64,000 nucleotides of DNA from a virus (taxonomy: Duplodnaviria > Caudoviricetes). Within the stretch, counting starts at the first letter, position 1. Every line of letters begins with the position of its first letter. The notes below the pieces were generated by a model, which was not told where the DNA came from, ran no database searches, and saw only the letters and a program-made list of their open reading frames with translations. Location of the stretch: the IMG/VR virus record IMGVR_UViG_3300021368_000002. The stretch is one strand, 5' to 3'. Of the stretch, positions 9,360-18,428 are shown piece by piece. A program made the position numbers and the translations under genes.

Positions 9360-10002
9360 TCCTAACACCATAACAGGGAGGTATCTTGCATTCTACCAAG
9401 ACCTCCTTGAACATTGCGACACCTGCGTAGGTGAAGCATTGGGTTCCAATCAGCCAGCGGCTCGTGCTAAAGATTTGAGAAACAGAGGCTATGTTTTTAA
9501 GAAGCACGGCAACCAATATGTTCGCTCAGTGTTCTGCGAAACCTGTGGCAAGTCTACTCCACATCGTCAATTGGAAAGTGCCGAGCCGGTCAATGCTGCC
9601 ATACACAGAGCAGGATGGAGCGCCAAGTTCGTCAAGCGAGTAAAAAAGGTCCTTTCCAACTACGATGAAATAGAACGGCGGACACTCAACCCTGCCCAAC
9701 TAGAAATTGATCACCGTGTTCCCCATATCCGATTTGAAGAAAGTGAACAGCTCGACGAAGCGACAATCACGGACAATGAAATCCGTGAACGGTATATGCT
9801 CCTCAAGCGAGACAATAACCTGCTCAAAAGTCGTGCCTGCGAAAGATGCGAACGAGACGGAAAGAGACAGCCTAGTCGCGATGGTGTCCAGTTCTTTTAC
9901 GAAGGCTCAGATGTATTCACAGGATCTTGTGTAGGGTGCTATTGGCACAATCCAAGTCTCTGGACAGAAAAACTTAATCAAAATCTCTTGACAAATGCCT
10001 AG
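9295..10002 (+). CDS. HNH nuclease resembling NlaIII/IceA-type restriction endonucleases; start uncertain
   Basis: EIDHRVP, N..KSRACERC, FYEG, CVGCY; comparable motifs recalled in NlaIII (EIDHK, CKKC, FYVG, CVGCY). Confidence 0.65.
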   Translation: MNSVWLMQKQILNANTRWTLLNPNTITGRYLAFYQDLLEHCDTCVGEALGSNQPAARAKDLRNRGYVFKKHGNQYVRSVFCETCGKSTPHRQLESAEPVNAAIHRAGWSAKFVKRVKKVLSNYDEIERRTLNPAQLEIDHRVPHIRFEESEQLDEATITDNEIRERYMLLKRDNNLLKSRACERCERDGKRQPSRDGVQFFYEGSDVFTGSCVGCYWHNPSLWTEKLNQNLLTNA

Positions 10003-10050
10003 ACTGACGCTATATTGTATGTATAGTTAGAAACAACGGAGGGCAATCCA

Positions 10051-10269
10051 ATGGCAACAGATTTGAAAAGCACCACAGAAGATGTTAGTTTGACTCGCTT
10101 CTGGGGTGGCAAAGACCGCGGAACTTGTGTTCAAGTCACAACCACATACACCGCTCGTAGAGAAGACTTCTTCAAACATATATCGTTGACTCGAGAACAG
10201 GCTCGTTCTGTTGCTGAGGATTTGATGGCATTTGCTGAAGGTAATGAAGAGGCAGACTATTCATTATGA
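10051..10269 (+). CDS. early hypothetical protein
   Basis: promoter 9988; GGAGGG RBS. Confidence 0.8.
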   Translation: MATDLKSTTEDVSLTRFWGGKDRGTCVQVTTTYTARREDFFKHISLTREQARSVAEDLMAFAEGNEEADYSL

Positions 10270-10409
10270 TTTATGTGGTTAAGGACTCAAAAGGCAATAC
10301 GGTAGCACTCTGCTCAGATATAAAAGACGCTGAAGCATATCTAAAGAGTGCTGCCGTTGATAAAACAACCTACACGATTGAAACAATAAAAAACAAGGAA
10401 GAAAAATGA
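10266..10409 (+). CDS. 47-aa hypothetical protein
   Basis: read by eye; ATGA overlaps at both ends. Confidence 0.6.
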   Translation: MIYVVKDSKGNTVALCSDIKDAEAYLKSAAVDKTTYTIETIKNKEEK

Positions 10410-10807
10410 CCCATACCTTTTTCGAAAAAAATTCAAACTATATTGTAGAAGAACAATTCGACTCCGAACCGTTCATCGTCGAAGTGTCATGGGCACCAGA
10501 CTCAACCCAACTGGAGTTGGTATTTGATCCTTCAGAAGACTATTTCGAAGAGCTCCAGGAAAAGATCCGTGATGGTGTTTGGGAGCATTTCATCCTTAAA
10601 GTGGCTGTCTATTATGATGGACTGGAAGTAGGCAGTTCCTATCTGGGATCTATCGTTGCAGAATCACCTGCAGATTATATCAAAGACGATCCAGACAATC
10701 ATGTAGACGAAATGGTCAGAGAAGCACTCGACGAAGCCCAGAACGAATGTCTTAAACGATTAGACCGTTTGAAAGAAGATTTCCTAGGATTGTCCATTAC
10801 TGGTTGA
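10406..10807 (+). CDS. very acidic early protein
   Basis: AAGGA RBS; D/E-rich. Confidence 0.8.
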   Translation: MTHTFFEKNSNYIVEEQFDSEPFIVEVSWAPDSTQLELVFDPSEDYFEELQEKIRDGVWEHFILKVAVYYDGLEVGSSYLGSIVAESPADYIKDDPDNHVDEMVREALDEAQNECLKRLDRLKEDFLGLSITG

Positions 10808-10864
10808 CACGAGTGTGATCAGAATGTATTATTAGGGTATAGTTAGAAACAACGGAGGGCTCCG

Positions 10865-11149
10865 ATGGCTTATTACACCTACACTCAAAAACCAATTGGT
10901 GTTTTTGTAGAAAAAGACACTGGCAATTATTTTGAATATTCGGTTAATGACGAGCCCTATTCAAACCCACTTGCTGAGGACTTTCCACACAAGGTATGGG
11001 TAGGTGGAGGAGGTGTTGCTGGCATGACTGGCTGGCGCTTTGCCCATGTTCGCAAGACTGTGGCAACTATAGTCGTAGACGAAGATGAGTATGGTCTACC
11101 TGTTGTAGAGAAATGGTATTTGAAATCCAATAAGGAGTATGCGGTATGA
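10865..11149 (+). CDS. early hypothetical protein
   Basis: promoter 10804. Confidence 0.85.
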   Translation: MAYYTYTQKPIGVFVEKDTGNYFEYSVNDEPYSNPLAEDFPHKVWVGGGGVAGMTGWRFAHVRKTVATIVVDEDEYGLPVVEKWYLKSNKEYAV

Positions 11150-11418
11150 GATTTGATAATCTCGTGTTTTTCGGATCGCCTGAAGGCATCAAAAGAGCAA
11201 AGGTTCAGTTCGGCAAGTATGAACTGAGTGTGATACAGGAGCCCAAAAAGAACTCCTATGAAATCGCAATCTTTGACGAACAAGGAAGTTTCGTTCAGCT
11301 CCCTGGTATCCATAGAATCCCTGTGGATGATAGAGACTTCGTAGACGATGTGATCCCTTATCTTCAACCCGAGGCTGTTTCGGCAATCATGCTCAAGTTG
11401 GCATCCATTTCAGGTTGA
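11146..11418 (+). CDS. early hypothetical protein
   Basis: AAGGAG RBS; ATGA overlap. Confidence 0.75.
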   Translation: MRFDNLVFFGSPEGIKRAKVQFGKYELSVIQEPKKNSYEIAIFDEQGSFVQLPGIHRIPVDDRDFVDDVIPYLQPEAVSAIMLKLASISG

Positions 11419-11488
11419 CAATACAAAAATAGATGTTATAGTAAGAGTATAGTTAGAAACAACAAAACGCCTTAGGAGGGCTCCACAA

Positions 11489-11944
11489 ATGGCAACTCGT
11501 TCAAATATCGCTTACAAAACCGCAGAAGGCAAAATCCGTTCAGTGTATTGTCACTGGGATGGCTACCCTGCTCACAATGGTGAAATGCTCACTCGTCACT
11601 ATAGCGAACTAGACAAGGTGCGTCAGTTGATTGCACTAGGTTCTATCTCGTCTTTGCGTGAGGAGATCGGCGACAAGCAGGACTTTGATGATCGTTCGAC
11701 ACAGAATGACGCATGGACACTTGCCTATCACAGAGATCGCGGCGAGCAATTGAGCATCCAAGAATATGATGATGTTCCCAGCTGGATCGAAGACATGGAG
11801 GAGTATGCCTATCTTTGGACGGAAAACGGTTGGTTGGTAAACGACCACGGTGCAAAAGATGCCAACGGCTTTCCTATCTTCGACTATGTTGAAACGGTAG
11901 TCACAGATGAGATGCGAAAGCAGATTGGATGGGATAACGAATAA
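11489..11944 (+). CDS. conserved phage early protein (YCHWDGYP motif)
   Basis: MATRS.I..IRSVYCHWDGYPAHNG..L..HY; promoter 11415. Confidence 0.85.
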   Translation: MATRSNIAYKTAEGKIRSVYCHWDGYPAHNGEMLTRHYSELDKVRQLIALGSISSLREEIGDKQDFDDRSTQNDAWTLAYHRDRGEQLSIQEYDDVPSWIEDMEEYAYLWTENGWLVNDHGAKDANGFPIFDYVETVVTDEMRKQIGWDNE

Positions 11945-12114
11945 TGACAGAGATGCATATGGCGTGGGATGCCTTACAAGCCCTTCTTATCGTAGGATTC
12001 ACAATCGGTGTGGTTTGTGCAGTGATATTCGCTGCCATTAGACTGGGCTGGCAACTAGCCCCTTGGCTGTTTATTGGTGCATTTATCGTATGGTTTTTCA
12101 ATCAAATCACTTGA
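11944..12114 (+). CDS. 56-aa two-TM membrane protein
   Basis: read by eye; TAATG coupling; stop lies in next -35. Confidence 0.6.
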   Translation: MTEMHMAWDALQALLIVGFTIGVVCAVIFAAIRLGWQLAPWLFIGAFIVWFFNQIT

Positions 12115-12175
12115 CATTACGTCTAGAGATGTTATTATATATGTATAGTTAGAAACAAGGCAATGGAGGGTAACA

Positions 12176-12730
12176 ATGCCAAACTGGTGTAACAACACAA
12201 TCACAATCAAAGGTTCAACTGAAACTGTAAAGGCTCTTTGGGACCAAGCCACACAAGAAGACTCAGGTTTGCTGGATGCAATGATTCCTATGCCTGAAGC
12301 ACTCAAAGGCACTACTTCACCTGATCCTCAGCCAGGACAAGCCAATTACAAAGGTCCACAGCCTGTGGTTGATGGCTTCACTAATTGGTATGATTGGGCT
12401 ATCAAGAACTGGGGCGTCAAGTGGGATGTTTCAACCGAAGGGCTTGAGTATGAAGATCTAGGTGACGGCACTGCCTCTATCACAGGCTGGTTTGATTCGC
12501 CTTGGGGACCTCCTATTGAAGCCATGCAGAAGTTCGCAGACGATATGGACGGTGCCTATGTCGAACTGTTCTATCACGAGCCAGGCATGGCATTCGTAGG
12601 CTGTTGGGACTCAGAAGGTGGAGATGACTATTATGAATATGCCTCTGCTGATGACATTCCCGATTACCTAGACGAAGCCTTTGGCATCTCAGAAGATCTT
12701 GCGATGTGGGCAGAAGAGGAGACAGCGTAA
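12176..12730 (+). CDS. DUF1281/YubB-like (Api92-like) protein
   Basis: MPNWCNN.I.I.G, WYDWAIKNWGVKWD, FDSPWGPP, L.Y.EPGM.F.G. Confidence 0.8.
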   Translation: MPNWCNNTITIKGSTETVKALWDQATQEDSGLLDAMIPMPEALKGTTSPDPQPGQANYKGPQPVVDGFTNWYDWAIKNWGVKWDVSTEGLEYEDLGDGTASITGWFDSPWGPPIEAMQKFADDMDGAYVELFYHEPGMAFVGCWDSEGGDDYYEYASADDIPDYLDEAFGISEDLAMWAEEETA

Positions 12731-12894
12731 TGGATGCGGTATTGTTTGAAGACGTGGATCCAATGGAACTGGTATTAGAAGCAGTAGAGGACGCACTCAA
12801 AGGTCAGTGCGCCTCGTTTGAAATCATGAGTATTGATGGCGATGACACGGGCTTGACCTTTACTGTCTCTGCAGAATACAAGGAGAACTCTTAA
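12730..12894 (+). CDS. acidic 54-aa protein
   Basis: TAATG coupling. Confidence 0.65.
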   Translation: MDAVLFEDVDPMELVLEAVEDALKGQCASFEIMSIDGDDTGLTFTVSAEYKENS

Positions 12895-13139
12895 TGGTAA
12901 TGAGCCTGCGTGAAACTTTCAAAAGCCCCGGCGTAAAAGCTCGCTGGGTCTGCGTGTATGAGAATGCACCTATGACGGTTCATGCTACCAAAGAAGATGC
13001 AATGAACCAATTGATCCGTGAACACAATCCTGCGATTCGTGTAACTGATCCTAGAGGCGTGACACGGGTGACCATAGACGAGCATCGATCGTTCGTATAT
13101 CACACCCACGAACCGGAGGCAGATGATGGGACCGTATAG
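12894..13139 (+). CDS. hypothetical protein
   Basis: AAGGAG RBS. Confidence 0.7.
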   Translation: MVMSLRETFKSPGVKARWVCVYENAPMTVHATKEDAMNQLIREHNPAIRVTDPRGVTRVTIDEHRSFVYHTHEPEADDGTV

Positions 13140-13335
13140 CGAAGAAACACAATATCGCAGAGCTCAGAGCATCTGCAACCTGTTGGAGCGATCGCCTGAT
13201 CTGCCCGCAGAAACTAGAGCTATTTGGCAGAATCACCTCGCCAATCTCGCTAGAAACGAAACCACTTACAATTGGCGAGTGAAAGAAATCTATTCTAAAC
13301 TAACAAGGAGGCCTTTGATCCAATGGGACGAGTAA
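13123..13335 (+). CDS. hypothetical protein
   Basis: GGAGG RBS. Confidence 0.7.
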   Translation: MMGPYSEETQYRRAQSICNLLERSPDLPAETRAIWQNHLANLARNETTYNWRVKEIYSKLTRRPLIQWDE

Positions 13336-13508
13336 ACGACTGGACACTTGGTATGGAAGAAGATGCGAGCTGGATGAGCAGAGACGTGTTCGTTCGAGTG
13401 TATGGCATCCGTCAACAAGACATCTGGGAACGGATTAACAACCCTGAGGACTACTACGAACCAGAGCCTGACTTTGAAGCAATGGAAGAAGGTTTCTATG
13501 GCTCGTAA
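13323..13508 (+). CDS. acidic hypothetical protein
   Basis: AAGGAGG RBS. Confidence 0.7.
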   Translation: MGRVNDWTLGMEEDASWMSRDVFVRVYGIRQQDIWERINNPEDYYEPEPDFEAMEEGFYGS

Positions 13509-13722
13509 GTTCGCAAAAAGATATTTGAAGCCTACAGTATTTGATCCCAAGGATCATTGGATGGTAGGCATTGAATGGCCCGTGCAAGGTTCCAAAGGCA
13601 ATGAATATCTAGTGACCTTGCACGACCAAGGCTTTGAATGTGAATGCACAGGATTCCAATTCCACGGTGCTTGCAAGCATAGCAAAGCCGTTCTCGCTCA
13701 AGTAGAAGGAGCAATGACATGA
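13498..13722 (+). CDS. SWIM zinc-finger protein
   Basis: CECTGFQFHGACKH (CxCxnCxH); start ATG 13498. Confidence 0.8.
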   Translation: MARKFAKRYLKPTVFDPKDHWMVGIEWPVQGSKGNEYLVTLHDQGFECECTGFQFHGACKHSKAVLAQVEGAMT

Positions 13723-13928
13723 GCAAACCTAAACAGTTTAAGGGCCGGGTCTACACCTATTCACAGCCCTACACAACCTACAATACCTTTCCTAACTCTG
13801 CACCATTCACCAAACAGGAGATGCAGACACAACAGGAATTAGGTCGTTGGAAAACAATCGACTCAATCGTAGATAAGATGGATGAGTTCCCTGAAGTTGA
13901 GAGGTTGCTGGCCCAAATAGTGCGATAG
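13719..13928 (+). CDS. hypothetical protein
   Basis: AAGGAG RBS; ATGA overlap. Confidence 0.7.
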   Translation: MSKPKQFKGRVYTYSQPYTTYNTFPNSAPFTKQEMQTQQELGRWKTIDSIVDKMDEFPEVERLLAQIVR

Positions 13929-13953
13929 CACCTGCGGTTCTAAAAAAAATTTT

Positions 13954-14247
13954 ATGAGCATTGTATACGATATAGATGATGAAACACGGCAATACCTAGA
14001 GGCAGCTCTTAACTGTCTTGTTCATGTAGCAGATTGCCAAATACAAGATGCAGACGCAGAAGCTCTTTATCACATAGGTGACACACTAGCAGATAGATTC
14101 GGCATTGAAAAGATAGATGTTGAAACCGTGCAGGGCACTGACGAGAATGGTGAAGAGGTTACTGTGATCAGAGAACGCAAGCGACCTTCAAAAGGATTGA
14201 GTTGGAGTATTAGCCACGAAGATCCAGATGATATGAACGAAGATTAA
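13954..14247 (+). CDS. acidic hypothetical protein
   Basis: ORF track. Confidence 0.65.
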   Translation: MSIVYDIDDETRQYLEAALNCLVHVADCQIQDADAEALYHIGDTLADRFGIEKIDVETVQGTDENGEEVTVIRERKRPSKGLSWSISHEDPDDMNED

Positions 14248-14257
14248 CACACCACGA

Positions 14258-14310
14258 GGCCCCGCTGTTAGAACCTAGATTACCTACACGACCTACAGGC
14301 CCCGCTGTAT
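14258..14310 (+). repeat. two copies of GGCCCCGCTGT, 40 bp apart
   Basis: 14258-14268 and 14298-14308; further copies at 4876 and 18357. Confidence 0.85.
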
Positions 14311-14342
14311 GGTCTCTGCGATCTGCGATAAATATCTTTCAC

Positions 14343-14495
14343 ATGGCACATGAACGAGATTTTGCAGACGAAACAGACGATCCTTGCGATCACATACCTA
14401 TCGAACGACTGTTGTTATGGTATACGTCAAATGAGCCACATCCTGAATACCCCAAGCAAATAGAAACACGAGATACTGAAGGCGATGCCCTATGA
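14343..14495 (+). CDS. 50-aa hypothetical protein
   Basis: read by eye; GATAAATA upstream. Confidence 0.5.
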   Translation: MAHERDFADETDDPCDHIPIERLLLWYTSNEPHPEYPKQIETRDTEGDAL

Positions 14496-14635
14496 TCTCA
14501 GTAGTAGAGAAACAGAATCGTAACCGTAAAACCTATTGGGTGGTAGAGCGGAACGGTAGTATATTGCTTATCACACACTCAAAAAGCATTGCCCAAGACT
14601 ATGCAGATAAACTACGAGCCAACACTAGAGACTAG
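14492..14635 (+). CDS. 47-aa hypothetical protein
   Basis: read by eye; ATGA overlap. Confidence 0.5.
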   Translation: MISVVEKQNRNRKTYWVVERNGSILLITHSKSIAQDYADKLRANTRD

Positions 14636-15228
14636 TGTGAGTGCGAGTATAGTTAGAGTGAAAAACGGTGAAAAGTATTTGAACTATGCCTCTCGTCACC
14701 TTCCGTGACTCGAAAAAATTCACACTTAGAACCGTAGAGAACCGTGATTGTTGGATGGTTTTCTGCACACTAGCCACCATTTAACCACCATTGCAGGGCC
14801 CTTAAAACCGTCTTAAAAGGCGAGTTTGACCTTGGTCCACGGCTCGCAGGGAGAGGTGGTTTGAGGGGCCTCCGGCCCCACTTTGCCCCTACTCTACTAC
14901 TACAGTTTCAACCTACTCTGTCGCTAGTAGTGTTTCAACCTAAGACTCTGATTCTGCACATTTTTTCCACTCTTTGCTAGCCGTATATTATACACTCTCT
15001 ACACTATATAAGCAAGTTAAAAGACACATTAACTATACGATGTAACCTACTGTTATTATTAGACTTTTTCCTAAGTATTTGATTTTATTGGATTTTTTCT
15101 CGCGGCCATCGTGGTCTTTCGTTCTTTAGGTGTCGTTCGTTCTTTTTGCGATTTTGGATAAAAAGAGGTTGACAGGTGTGTAGGCAGGTGCTATAGTGTA
15201 TGTATAGTTAGAAATTAGGAGGGCACCT

Positions 15229-15444
15229 ATGCAATACGGAATGTTTACTAAAGAAGGCGATGCGAAAGTCCACAAGTTGGTCCTGCAAGCGAGGCAGTAT
15301 GCGGATTTGGATGGACCGATTAATCCTGTAGAGCAGGCGTGGAATTGGTTGCTAAACGAGCTCCATGCACTAGGCGAGGATCCGGCTTTTGAAGAGGCGA
15401 CCGACACAGCCGTTAGAGAGGCCTGTTACGACAGGCTAATTTAA
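15229..15444 (+). CDS. early hypothetical protein
   Basis: promoter 15169; GGAGGG RBS. Confidence 0.85.
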   Translation: MQYGMFTKEGDAKVHKLVLQARQYADLDGPINPVEQAWNWLLNELHALGEDPAFEEATDTAVREACYDRLI

Positions 15445-15521
15445 TCGCCAAAAGAGGTTGACACTATAGCGAACAGGTGCTATAGTGTATGTATAGTTAG
15501 AAACGCAGAGAGGGCACAATC

Positions 15522-15869
15522 ATGCAATTCATCGTAAGCACACAGGGACTTGAGAACTATGGCGCACACTGTGAGGACGGCAAGTTCCGTTCGGGCAATG
15601 CCTACTGGAAGTTCAAGTCAGGCACGGACTACCTTGTGTCGGGCCTAGAGCGGCCGCAAGATGCGATGGCATTCGTTGCCTCGTTCGGTATGGACAATTC
15701 AATCGGTTGGAAGGAGTTCCCATGCGAGGTTGTGAGCGAGGATGAATGGGAGTCACAGTGGAACATGGACGACGAGTTCGATGTGGAACACAGAGAGTTC
15801 AAGCTCTCTATTATGGTTAAGGTGGATCCGAGAGATCCGGCGACCTACAAACGGTTTTTGGCAAGGTAG
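15522..15869 (+). CDS. early hypothetical protein
   Basis: promoter 15458. Confidence 0.85.
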   Translation: MQFIVSTQGLENYGAHCEDGKFRSGNAYWKFKSGTDYLVSGLERPQDAMAFVASFGMDNSIGWKEFPCEVVSEDEWESQWNMDDEFDVEHREFKLSIMVKVDPRDPATYKRFLAR

Positions 15870-15932
15870 GGGTTGACAACCCCGCCACCTGGTGTTATAG
15901 TAGTTGTATAGTTAATAGAGAGGGTGATGACA

Positions 15933-16136
15933 ATGTTTGTACTGATTTGGAAAGGTGAAGAGATTGATTCGTTTGAGTCCGAGGCAGAGGCCCGGAGCAT
16001 GGCGAGTGAATACAACATGGCCTACGGTGGAGGTGTCCACGTAGAGTTTGTCGAGGAAGACGACGGACAGCCAAGTTGGGAGCAGGAGTGGGAAGACTTC
16101 GGCGAAGACGCAGGATACGAGATGGAGTATCTCTAA
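15933..16136 (+). CDS. extremely acidic small early protein
   Basis: promoter 15873; D/E-rich C-terminus. Confidence 0.8.
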   Translation: MFVLIWKGEEIDSFESEAEARSMASEYNMAYGGGVHVEFVEEDDGQPSWEQEWEDFGEDAGYEMEYL

Positions 16137-16139
16137 AGA

Positions 16140-16336
16140 GGCCCTCAGGTCGGGAGTATAAACCCAGTTAGACCGGAACACCTACATACAAGTTCCGGCG
16201 GGAGATGGGAAGGCGCCCTCGAGAAAGGCCTCCCACTTTTAACGCCCGCGGTTTTAACGCCCGTGACTTTTTGGGTCCTTTCGTGCGGTAAAAAGGTCAG
16301 AGCTCCGTGCCCTCCCGTTCCAGCTCTCCGGTCCTC
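16140..16336 (-). ncRNA. candidate structured RNA from the divergent promoter
   Basis: GC-rich; several inverted repeats (GACCGGA/TCCGGTC, CCGGAAC/GTTCCGG, AGAGCT/AGCTCT); TTTTAACGCCCG direct repeat; no start codon after its RBS-like motif. Confidence 0.4.
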
Positions 16337-16342
16337 AATTAT

Positions 16343-16371
16343 AATATAGCACAAGCCTAGCACTATGTCAA
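16343..16371 (-). promoter_or_regulatory. divergent sigma70-like promoter
   Basis: reverse strand GGGG-TTGACA-N17-TATATT. Confidence 0.8.
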
Positions 16372-16399
16372 CCCCTTGTGCGAAAAAAGAATCCTTTGT

Positions 16400-16453
16400 T
16401 TTCAAGAGGTTAGAAAAAAAATAAAAATAAATTTTTCTGCTAAGTCATTGTTT
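16400..16453. promoter_or_regulatory. inverted pair of IHF-consensus-like sites flanking an A/T tract
   Basis: TTTCAAGAGGTTA (16400) and TAAGTCATTGTTT (16441), each 1 mismatch from WATCAANNNNTTR. Confidence 0.45.
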
Positions 16454-16537
16454 TTAAACAAAACATTTTGCTTTACAAGTACGTATTGTTGTGTTATATT
16501 GTTTGTATGTTAACAAATGCATATAGGAGGGCAACAT

Positions 16538-16852
16538 ATGCAAACAACAACAAAAACATTAGACTGTGCTGTACGTGTAAATTGGGTAGCAGAGGATGCA
16601 GAATGGAAAGCAGAGTTTGAACAGTATGGCTATGACACAGATATGTGGGTTGCTGTAGGTGACTTTGATTATGAATGGAGAGATAACGTAGAAACTGTGG
16701 CTGTATTAAAAGACGAAGAATACGGTTTTATGTGTGGAAACGAAAGTGACAGGCGCTGCTACGGATTTACTGTGGATGTGTACAAAGCAGAGGAAGCAGA
16801 TGGCAACTACAGTTTTTGGATAACAGAGGAAGACTTTGAAAAAATAGGTTGA
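16538..16852 (+). CDS. acidic Pro-free early protein
   Basis: TTTACA promoter; GGAGGG RBS; ATG 16538. Confidence 0.85.
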   Translation: MQTTTKTLDCAVRVNWVAEDAEWKAEFEQYGYDTDMWVAVGDFDYEWRDNVETVAVLKDEEYGFMCGNESDRRCYGFTVDVYKAEEADGNYSFWITEEDFEKIG

Positions 16853-16913
16853 CAACTGTGTGTATGTGTGCTACTATGTACACATACACTAACAAGCAAT
16901 AGAGGGCAATGCT

Positions 16914-17165
16914 ATGCTTACAAAATACGAAAACGCAGTAACAAAAGCAATTGAATATTTTGCACTGCAAATTAACAACTGTGCGCACGACAGCGTAGTA
17001 GAAAACAACGACTACGGAATTTACGACAGCATAGACAGCATAAACTTTTTGTTTAGCAACTACAAAAATTTTGACAGCGTAACAGCACTTGCAAACTTTG
17101 CACTAGACAGCACACTGGATACTGTAGTGCGCGAAAACATATACTACGTGCTAACGGAAAAATAA
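16914..17165 (+). CDS. acidic Pro-free early protein
   Basis: hairpin promoter 16849. Confidence 0.8.
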   Translation: MLTKYENAVTKAIEYFALQINNCAHDSVVENNDYGIYDSIDSINFLFSNYKNFDSVTALANFALDSTLDTVVRENIYYVLTEK

Positions 17166-17231
17166 CACTTGACAACTGTGTATGTGTGCTATAGTGTACA
17201 CATACACTAAACATAGCAGAGAGGGCAAACT

Positions 17232-17447
17232 ATGCTACAAGTACACATTTTACAACTGCAAGGCACAGGCGACGACGAGAAGGCTTGGGAGAACGCAGGG
17301 GTGTTTGCAAGTTGGGAAGAAGCACAAGAACGTGCAGCAGAATTTAGCAAAGAAGACATTGAGGAGTACGGCGAAGCGTTTTGGATAATGGGCGAGAATA
17401 TGCGTATTGAAACACATGACGTAGTAGACAACAACTGGGGGTACTAG
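17232..17447 (+). CDS. acidic Pro-free early protein
   Basis: hairpin promoter 17169. Confidence 0.8.
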   Translation: MLQVHILQLQGTGDDEKAWENAGVFASWEEAQERAAEFSKEDIEEYGEAFWIMGENMRIETHDVVDNNWGY

Positions 17448-17519
17448 TAAAAAAAACAGTTGACAGCAGCAAGTTTTGTGTTATACTGTATGTACAGTTA
17501 AACAAAACGAGGGCTACGT

Positions 17520-17768
17520 ATGTTAACTACAAAACAACTTGCACGTAATGTGTTTTTAACTTATTGCAGCACTAGCAATACAATGTTTAAACATTGTAGC
17601 AAAACAAAGCCGCAGCACGTTAGCACAACAAACGTAAAAGCAGTAAAGCGCAACGTAAGCGCACAACTTGTGCAACAGTACAAAATGCTTCCTGCACTGT
17701 ACAACTTGTACAACAAAAACAAAAGTGTTAAGCAAACAGCAACACAACTAATTAACAGCATTGTGTAA
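17520..17768 (+). CDS. basic early protein with no Asp, Glu, Gly or Trp
   Basis: promoter 17460; GAGGG RBS. Confidence 0.75.
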   Translation: MLTTKQLARNVFLTYCSTSNTMFKHCSKTKPQHVSTTNVKAVKRNVSAQLVQQYKMLPALYNLYNKNKSVKQTATQLINSIV

Positions 17769-17842
17769 AAAAAACTTGACAACTGTGTGTATGTGTGCTA
17801 CTATGTACACATACACTAAACATTGCAACTAGTGAGGGCTAC

Positions 17843-18316
17843 ATGGCAATACATTACAGTACACAGGTACAAGACTACTTTGAACACTTGACAAACGAGT
17901 GTGCAGACGAAACACGTTTTACACAAGACGAAAAGTGTTTTGTGTTAGAATTTTTAGCAAACACACTGTATGGCTTAACGGAAGTAAACAGCGAAAGTTT
18001 GCGTGACGACAAGCAATTTGTGCGTATGCAAGATTGCAGTGAGGTAGCAGACAACTACGTAATGCTACTAAACAAACACAAACGCAGTGACTATACTGTA
18101 GTAAACGGCAAGTATGTGGAAAGTGACGAATACTATACGTTTACACTAGAAGATGCAGGCACTGCTATTTGCAGTTATGACACAGAGTATAGAGAGTGCA
18201 TAACAGAGCAATTTGAAGATGCACTTAACGAGTACTTTGCATTAAGCAAAGCAAACAAAATTGCAACACTTGATATTGCAAACTGTTTAGCGTGGCGAGT
18301 GTTTAACAGTTACTAA
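17843..18316 (+). CDS. acidic Pro-free early protein
   Basis: hairpin promoter 17776; ATG 17843. Confidence 0.85.
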   Translation: MAIHYSTQVQDYFEHLTNECADETRFTQDEKCFVLEFLANTLYGLTEVNSESLRDDKQFVRMQDCSEVADNYVMLLNKHKRSDYTVVNGKYVESDEYYTFTLEDAGTAICSYDTEYRECITEQFEDALNEYFALSKANKIATLDIANCLAWRVFNSY

Positions 18317-18386
18317 CGCTAACACTGTGCAGTGTGTGCAAATGCGTACACTGTGCGGCCCCGCTGTATAGCGGATAAAACATAAC

Positions 18387-18428
18387 AAAAACAAGCACTT
18401 ACAAAAAAAATGCTAAGTGCTTGTTTTT
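18387..18428. repeat. perfect 15-bp inverted repeat with IHF-like arms
   Basis: AAAAACAAGCACTTA-N12-TAAGTGCTTGTTTTT. Confidence 0.85.

Noticed and set aside
16145-16405. 86-aa minus-strand ORF from the track
   Set aside because: Its ATG lies upstream of the promoter that would transcribe the region; no RBS; atypical composition.
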